From IMG/VR virus record IMGVR_UViG_3300030060_007512, positions 1 to 63,466 of that record: 63,466 bases of DNA; one strand, given 5' to 3'. Source of the DNA: a virus (lineage: Duplodnaviria > Caudoviricetes). A program made the position numbers and the translations under genes. Position 1 is the stretch's first letter; every line of letters begins with the position of its first letter. Below, one piece after another: positions 59,401 through 63,466 of this stretch. A model generated the notes under the pieces. The model had not been told where the DNA came from. It saw nothing but the letters and a program-made list of their open reading frames with translations, and made no database searches.

Positions 59401-61028
59401 TAGGAATTGGTCCTAACGGATTACCTAATGTTCCAACTAATAGTGGCATTTTAAGAAACATTATGATAAATGCAGATTTAGTATTAGAATCTGCTGAAAA
59501 ATCTGAAAATGTTAGAAAATTTTGTTTAACGATTCTTGATGCAGTAAATACAGCATGTGGTAAGCCATGGAGTTTCAAAATGCTTACTAATTCAGCTTTA
59601 GGTCAAATAAGTATAATTGATGAAAATTACACACCAACTGAATTTGTTGATGATTATTCAAGTGGGTGGACAGGAATGCAGGAAGTTAACGGATATAAAA
59701 TTTATAAATTTGCTGCAGCTGGTACTAATAATGTTTTAAGAGATGTAAAGATACAATCTAAAATACCTAATGAATTAGCTACAATGGCATATTACGGTAC
59801 TATGGGTACAGGTAATGAAAAAGGTTCATCGATACAGATGTTTCAAATGTATGGTGCAGGTATATCTGATAGATTAAAATCTATCTCATCTATTAAAATA
59901 TTAGGTAGTACAACCGGATCTGCAGAAGATAGACAAGCTGCTGAAGAAAAATTATTAAATTCATATAGAAACTTATTAGGTGATACTAGAAGGATTGAAT
60001 TAAATGGAACTGACGAAACTGAACCTATCGAAGAAGGTGTAAGAATAGCTGAACAATATGTAAGAAAATATATTCATGGTGATACTCAAACTGTCGGTTC
60101 ATACAGGCCACCTATTCCTATTGACGTATCATTAACTTTACATGGAATATCAGGAATATATATGGGTAATGCGATTCATATAAAGACTACTTCTGAAGGA
60201 GGTATATTACCTGATAGATATCGAGATACTGTAGCTTTACAAATTACATCTGTAGATCATAGTATTACGCCAGAAGATTGGACAACAAGTATAGGTACAT
60301 TAATGAGACCGATAAATGATTCAGGTAATAAGCCTGAAGCAAAAATTATAGAGCAACCACCTACAGAATATAAAAAGAAAACTACATTCAAATCTGGTGG
60401 TGCAAATGGTCCTAAAGATAATAAAAGTTTAGATGCTCTTCATCCTGTTGTAGCAGCAGCTTGGTTAAGAGTTGAAGCTAAACTAAAAGCTGATGGATGG
60501 CAACCTCAAATTGTAACTTGTTTTAGATCTCTTAAATCTCAAGCTAAAAAAGCTTCATCTGGAAAATCACAAGTTACATTTGGTAATCACTGTGCAATTA
60601 ATGAGAAAGGTGAGCCTAATTCACAAGCTATGGATATTATAGATAAGCGTTATTCATATGGTAATAATAAAAAGACTATAGCTGAAAAAGGTAAAAAGTT
60701 TGTAAAAGATCAAGCATTTAAGTTTTGGGCAGAAGCAGCAAGATATGGTAAAATGGAAGGATTTTCATGGGGTGGAGATTTTTCTTGGAAAGGAAATAAA
60801 TATAAGAAAAATGGTGATTATGATCCAGATGCTTCAAAAGTAAATACTAAGAAAAAATATTCACCTACTCATATTGGTTGGGACCCAGGACACCTTGAAA
60901 TGATTGGTAAGACTGTTAATGGTGTGAAAATGCCATCGATGAGAGAAAGTGCAAAAACAGCGACTAAATTTTACGGTAGAAAAATACATACTAAAAATAA
61001 AGAAAATCCAAATATTAATTTAGTATAA
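56415..61028 (+). CDS. Large baseplate hub-like protein with C-terminal M15 peptidoglycan peptidase
   Basis: PGISVLVEWG, FNW, LHGISGI, VDHSI...WTT hub-like motifs; LHP...FRS...Q...H...A.D...WGGDF...DPGHLE M15 motifs. Confidence 0.7.
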   Translation: MSGFRGIFLDAMHPLIVRRLDADTNALTFRGPNQAMTDLDQTAAFRYFQERTPWIRVCPFAIPQTTFLANPNVSIYNIPEVPDWRDWIIWGGKGINHGGGYQTVEGGEAGTDSSVSGDAGGRQWVAGRPYGSAADWKANNFNEDIGVRHSAGNVAGIGNSGHSLYRSTAQGWRGQDVLGMKSSPVPGILALNVSNKGDLGTIRRASFDIKVFNTDDLEAIEMMYMIPGISVLVEWGWFHPTKYIDPINVELITDGSTLSNTNLINTEILRKSYGITKGLPGDARPLYNLEEQANAVITDPTGPDAGIYDGLLGVVTKFNWTNDGAGGYDCRVDVVSPGSLATGIPTVSFDCGGEMEVEGKKIQVSDVRTIVSLIKKESRAIEAAPAEDNASKQSKNNIGKIELGDPAGEQDVAIDGGGESGVTVKVNPKKLNTSAYNIKITKDQNGDLQFEESTGSSSKEEYFIGEFKGGKRQKTTLIKGDRTWWNKCVAYCMYADDIRKAGINVTDARNGIVDMSKITRPNGGKPDLDYLEDRFQNSKVSDFLWSGGANDNGMANMELKWGDQLRDGDFFIKRDPKPSKKGSTLGKHYTIWIITFSGIVDHTTSGNNLYLNYRNWFNPWGVKKLIPKMEDPGQEDIPLGQRTVKASSEDIKGYMSKDAAAKKYGWKTTDDGKTYVDETGQKVDWGEYGPYAVEQQTGITVYTKDDNGNYKEVASFEGDNAKSDEQLVADLVAKAKGIDNQKADDRENELNENMKVDAEITNTAQNLGMLSWVNSDDFKSGKKPVRLSGSGKFHKVIYANNQPVHAPKIGGLDSKVRENVTEELGYDFVMGKTANLLPVGSVVYGNTYVTWRFIEDYIINELYMPKAVKPGQNEENDNNTTLDTLFRSCTRMTDNEKATLDPDVAKLVGVEFDDDGLLTPQSRNREVWKPVHIVNHSGLRSLDPTVCYIPGQETLDAMIITAEGSGGASGGEHLLDAGLSGASKYLKGEDCFNKFIGIGPNGLPNVPTNSGILRNIMINADLVLESAEKSENVRKFCLTILDAVNTACGKPWSFKMLTNSALGQISIIDENYTPTEFVDDYSSGWTGMQEVNGYKIYKFAAAGTNNVLRDVKIQSKIPNELATMAYYGTMGTGNEKGSSIQMFQMYGAGISDRLKSISSIKILGSTTGSAEDRQAAEEKLLNSYRNLLGDTRRIELNGTDETEPIEEGVRIAEQYVRKYIHGDTQTVGSYRPPIPIDVSLTLHGISGIYMGNAIHIKTTSEGGILPDRYRDTVALQITSVDHSITPEDWTTSIGTLMRPINDSGNKPEAKIIEQPPTEYKKKTTFKSGGANGPKDNKSLDALHPVVAAAWLRVEAKLKADGWQPQIVTCFRSLKSQAKKASSGKSQVTFGNHCAINEKGEPNSQAMDIIDKRYSYGNNKKTIAEKGKKFVKDQAFKFWAEAARYGKMEGFSWGGDFSWKGNKYKKNGDYDPDASKVNTKKKYSPTHIGWDPGHLEMIGKTVNGVKMPSMRESAKTATKFYGRKIHTKNKENPNINLV

Positions 61029-61038
61029 GGAGATAAAA

Positions 61039-61653
61039 ATGGCTGAAAAAGATAACAGTAAAGAATATAAACATGAATCGATACACGGAGATCCTTCTGC
61101 TGAACAATCTATGACTGGTCTACAATTCTTTACTGAAGGCGATGAGTCTACTGATTTAGGTCATAGAGAAGAGTATGAAAATAGAAAAGGTCTCGCAACT
61201 ACAAATATATTACCACCTCCTATAAATGGACCTATCCCTATAAGTGATTTATTAGTTGAAAGTAGAAAGCGTTCAATTATATTACGATATACTGGTGAGA
61301 TTAGAGAAGTTGCACCTGATGTAGCTGCAGAATTTGAAGAAGAATTAGCTAAAGGAATTTATTTTTTAATTAATTTTTACTGGCCACAACAACAAAAAAA
61401 TAGAAAAACTGTTGAAATGAGAAAGCGTGAAGTAATTGATATAGCAGTTGCTCAAGCGCCTGTAGAATTAAGAAAAAATGTTGCTGAATGGTTTTCTTAT
61501 CAAGTTTCTCAAGGTCCAGAGTCAAATGAACCGCAATCAACAAGAAGATTGCGTAAAGATCCTGATTTATATAAATCACCTTTGACAGCACCGGTAGTTA
61601 ATGATACGGATAATAGGAGTCTAGAGAGTGATTCTGATTATTCTAGAGGTTAG
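61039..61653 (+). CDS. Hypothetical protein
   Basis: 204 aa; AAGGAG SD. Confidence 0.5.
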   Translation: MAEKDNSKEYKHESIHGDPSAEQSMTGLQFFTEGDESTDLGHREEYENRKGLATTNILPPPINGPIPISDLLVESRKRSIILRYTGEIREVAPDVAAEFEEELAKGIYFLINFYWPQQQKNRKTVEMRKREVIDIAVAQAPVELRKNVAEWFSYQVSQGPESNEPQSTRRLRKDPDLYKSPLTAPVVNDTDNRSLESDSDYSRG

Positions 61654-61684
61654 TTGTTTATTTGAATAGTTTTTCTTATATTAG
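61653..61684 (+). promoter_or_regulatory. Putative Bacteroidota-type promoter of the polymerase gene
   Basis: GTTG at 61653-61656, 20-nt spacer ending TTTTCT, TATATTAG at 61677. Confidence 0.6.
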
Positions 61685-61705
61685 GTAAAGTTTCAAAAGG
61701 TTATA

Positions 61706-62971
61706 ATGATTGTAGATAATGATAAAATACTATCTCAACTAAAAGTTGAGTATAATAATTCTGAATCAATAGTAATACCTATATACAGTGATATTCGTAA
61801 ACATAGAGTAATTAACAAATTATCACTTTTGTATATTTATATTATTAATTCGAAAAAGACTTACTGTATTCTTGTAAATCATTCTGATAAAATCTACAAT
61901 ATCGATAGCTTAAGCTTTATTAATAATGATAGTATTAAATATACTTATAGTACAGGTATAAAAAATTCTATAAATATTGATGCGTTATACTATCTTACAA
62001 ATTTATGTAATATTAATAAAGAAGAGTTATATACTGAATCACATAAGTTTTTTTATAATAAGTATTGGAAGCTTGATAATATAAATGATGTTATACCAGT
62101 CTATAAACATTTAGAGTATTGCAATAAAATAAAAGAAAAAACATTACAAGTAATTAAAAATAAAAATTTACCTGGGTTTACTGAATATAATAAAAAAGTG
62201 ATACCTGCTTTTAGAAGTATTGAAAATAATGGACTTGCAACTTATAACGGCGTTGAATTTACTAAATATAATTTATGGACAACTACAGGTAGACCAAGTA
62301 ATTCATTTAATGGAATAAACTATGCAGCGTTAAATAAAGAAGATGGTACAAGAGAAAAATATATTAGTAGATTCGATAAAGGTAAATTAGTAGAGTTTGA
62401 TTTCGATGCATATCATTTAAGATTAATTGCAAAAATGATTAACTATGATTTGCCTAAAACTTCTATGCATACTTATTTAGGTAAATATTATTTTGGAAAA
62501 GATCTTATAACTAAAGATGAGTATAATGAATCTAAAGCAGTATCGTTCAAAATACTATATGGTGGTGTTCCTAAAGAGTTTGAAAATATTCCATTTTTTA
62601 GTAAAGTAAAGAGCTATATTTTTGAACTTTGGGATATTTATATTAGTAAAGGTTATGTAGAAACACCTATATTCAAAAGAAAGGTTCATGCAGAGAATCT
62701 CAAAGATAGAGATATTAAACCTCAAACATTATTTAATTATCTAATTCAATCTATGGAAACTGAACAGAATGTTTTAATAATTGAGTCGATACAGAATATG
62801 TTGAAAGATTATCAAAGTAAGCTTGTATTATATACTTATGATGCGCTATTATTTGATATTCACCCTAATGAAATATCTTTATTAAATAATATAAAAGATA
62901 CAATGATTTACCCAGTAAAATGTAAAACGGGACATAATTATAATAAAATGAATCTTTATACCTTTGAGTAG
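61706..62971 (+). CDS. Short family A DNA polymerase-like protein
   Basis: TTTGRPS, motif A EFDFDAYHLRLIA, motif B SKAVSFKILYG, NYLIQS, motif C YTYDALLFD. Confidence 0.8.
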   Translation: MIVDNDKILSQLKVEYNNSESIVIPIYSDIRKHRVINKLSLLYIYIINSKKTYCILVNHSDKIYNIDSLSFINNDSIKYTYSTGIKNSINIDALYYLTNLCNINKEELYTESHKFFYNKYWKLDNINDVIPVYKHLEYCNKIKEKTLQVIKNKNLPGFTEYNKKVIPAFRSIENNGLATYNGVEFTKYNLWTTTGRPSNSFNGINYAALNKEDGTREKYISRFDKGKLVEFDFDAYHLRLIAKMINYDLPKTSMHTYLGKYYFGKDLITKDEYNESKAVSFKILYGGVPKEFENIPFFSKVKSYIFELWDIYISKGYVETPIFKRKVHAENLKDRDIKPQTLFNYLIQSMETEQNVLIIESIQNMLKDYQSKLVLYTYDALLFDIHPNEISLLNNIKDTMIYPVKCKTGHNYNKMNLYTFE

Positions 62972-63000
62972 GTATCTAGATATTTATATATAGGAAATTT

Positions 63001-63466
63001 ATGAAATATTTTATAGAAAAAGCATTAACTGATTGGGCATATAAAGTCAATGACGGTTGTCCAGATCCACACAATAGAACTCATATTCAGATTCTAGAAA
63101 GTGTGTTACGTCAGTATGGATGTGATGAAAATTTTATAAAAGAATATATACCTCGCGTTGTTGATCCTGCTAAACATTCATCTAAAACTTTTCAAGAGTT
63201 TTGTGTTGAAGTAGGAAAAATTATTAGTGAAGATAAATTACTTACAGAAGCGTCAGTATTTGATGATAAATATACTGTTGGTACTGAATTTATTGCAATT
63301 AAAAATACTGATGATCTTTTTAAGAGAGGTGGTGTTACTCCTCCCAAAGGCCCGTTTTTCAAATCAAGCCCAGTCGATAACGCAATTGAAGTTAATATTG
63401 GTGCTGGTATTACTTTCTATATAAAATCAGGAAATGACGTTTATAAAATAACTGGACCTAAAGGCA
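63001..63466 (+). CDS. 3'-truncated hypothetical protein (MKYFIEKALTDWAYKVNDGCPDPHNRTH...)
   Basis: Frame open from ATG 63001 to the window end; ATATTTATA motif and AGGA upstream; IISE/LLTE motifs; absent from the ORF track. Confidence 0.65.
   Translation, partial: MKYFIEKALTDWAYKVNDGCPDPHNRTHIQILESVLRQYGCDENFIKEYIPRVVDPAKHSSKTFQEFCVEVGKIISEDKLLTEASVFDDKYTVGTEFIAIKNTDDLFKRGGVTPPKGPFFKSSPVDNAIEVNIGAGITFYIKSGNDVYKITGPKG

Larger units (their letters stand above)
396..62988 (+). promoter_or_regulatory. Dispersed intergenic motif ATATTTAT[A/T], putative phage late promoter (span of the copies, not one element)
   Basis: Copies start at 396, 10058, 18189, 26116, 30607, 34965, 38341, 42560, 45348, 46065, 48934, 50761, 51567, 52675 and 62980; three lie just downstream of terminators. 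Confidence 0.7.

Noticed and set aside
221-61591. Minus-strand ORFs in the track (e.g. 53047-53715, 42781-43158, 38152-38517)
   Set aside because: All lie antisense to well-supported + strand genes and have no recognisable motifs
63227-63424. 65-aa ORF from the track
   Set aside because: Out-of-frame overlap with the longer open frame starting at 63001
1-63466. Stop-codon reassignment as seen in some large phages
   Set aside because: Genes tile densely in the standard code, and TAA, TAG and TGA all end genes at sensible boundaries

Overview
AT-rich segment of a large T4-related myovirus genome (Far-T4/RM378-like gene set). All supportable genes are on the + strand and use the standard genetic code. 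It holds most of the morphogenesis region: baseplate, tail fibres, possible lysis genes, terminase, portal, prohead protease, scaffold, major capsid, PhoH, neck, sheath, tube, tail chaperone, tape measure, and a hub with an M15 peptidase. Replication genes are interspersed: primase, a fused Mre11-Rad50 and a short family A DNA polymerase. The host is probably Bacteroidota (inference). The most interesting signal is a possible ribosome-reprogramming switch. An extended phage bS21 sits in its own promoter/terminator cassette and shares a Bacteroidota-type promoter (GTTG-N20-TATATT) with the primase and polymerase genes, and these three genes lack a clear Shine-Dalgarno (SD). Structural genes instead follow a second motif (ATATTTAT[A/T]) and mostly carry strong GGAG SDs, which Bacteroidota ribosomes normally do not use. 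Other signals: a +1/-2 frameshift cassette with a downstream hairpin, a four-hairpin leader before the scaffold gene, putative capsid-targeting/protease-cleavage motifs, and a possible nucleotidyltransferase/ligase polyprotein. All calls come from reading motifs by eye; no database searches were run.
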